A DNA stretch of 64,000 nucleotides, from contig JAEYXD010000014.1 of assembly GCA_023428645.1 (NCBI GenBank), positions 14,964 to 78,963 on the forward strand, in the 5' to 3' direction. Under the pieces are notes generated by a model. It made no database searches and was not told the DNA's origin. It saw only the letters and a list, made by a program, of their open reading frames with translations. This document shows positions 63,727 to 64,000 of this stretch, one piece after another (the stretch's first letter is position 1; each line of letters begins with the position of its first letter). This DNA comes from Pseudomonadota bacterium. GTDB taxonomy: Bacteria > Pseudomonadota > Gammaproteobacteria > Steroidobacterales > Steroidobacteraceae. The position numbers and the translations under genes are program-made.

Positions 63727-64000
63727 ATGGCCGCCACGCAATCGAACATGCTCGAACTCGGTACGATCGCCCCCGCGTTTCGGCTGCCGGATTTCAACGG
63801 CAAGAGCGTCGCCCTCGATGACTTCAAGGATGCACCCGCGCTCGTCGTCGCGTTCATCTGCAGCCATTGCCCGTTCGTGAAGCACATCCGTCAGGAGTTC
63901 GCGCGCTTCGCGCAGGAGTATCAACCGCGCGGCGTTGCTGTCGTCGCCATCAATTCGAACGATGTCGTGAGCTATCCGCAGGACGGCCCGCGAGGCATGG
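63727..64000 (+). CDS. Thioredoxin-fold (redoxin/AhpC-TSA-like) protein, truncated by the window end
   Basis: ATG 63727 opens a frame that runs to nt 64000 (it is not in the ORF track because it has no stop). APAFRLPDFNGKSVALDDF...VVAFICSHCPFV carries a CxxC motif. Confidence 0.8.
   Translation, partial: MAATQSNMLELGTIAPAFRLPDFNGKSVALDDFKDAPALVVAFICSHCPFVKHIRQEFARFAQEYQPRGVAVVAINSNDVVSYPQDGPRGM

Overview
GC-rich, densely coding bacterial (probably proteobacterial) chromosomal window. I can support about 60 CDS. I recognised no rRNA, tRNA, CRISPR array, transposase or integrase. All family calls come from reading motifs in the supplied translations, because no searches were possible. Many long ORFs in the track are antisense or out-of-frame shadows of real genes, which is typical of GC3-rich DNA, and I rejected them.

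Main blocks:
- 1-1.4 kb: KorB tail and a RES/Xre toxin-antitoxin pair.
- 2.2-5.3 kb: acyl-CoA dehydrogenase, SDR and APH-type kinase trio, resembling a split ACAD10/11 or lva-type 4-hydroxyacyl-CoA module.
- 5.4-7.1 kb: secreted Sel1 / coiled-coil / caspase protein.
- 7-22 kb: mixed housekeeping and envelope genes (GlpQ, PA-domain zincin, Ig/FN3 protein, RhlE and others).
- 22.1-36.4 kb, minus strand: an eight-gene, mostly overlap-coupled MoxR / DUF58 / double-VWA / DUF4175-like / DUF4159 operon. It also encodes a TPR-gluzincin fusion and a cysteine-free C13/caspase-fold protein. This is my best candidate for an uncharacterised system.
- 36.6-37.9 kb: a classical EncFtn plus family-1 encapsulin pair, divergent from that operon.
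- 38-64 kb: regulators (LysR, hybrid histidine kinase, LytS/LytTR-type pair), transporters, ProRS, AidB-like ACAD, def, gabD/lhgO-like, two OsmC paralogs and frmA-fghA.

Non-coding structure: a four-copy REP-like element (perfect or near-perfect CCCTCCCCCG/CGGGGGAGGG hairpin followed by a G-tract tail), a set of about 20-nt direct repeats downstream of the LytTR gene, several convergent-gene hairpin terminators, and two unusually long stretches without a clean ORF (15.9-16.7 kb and 53.2-54.0 kb).
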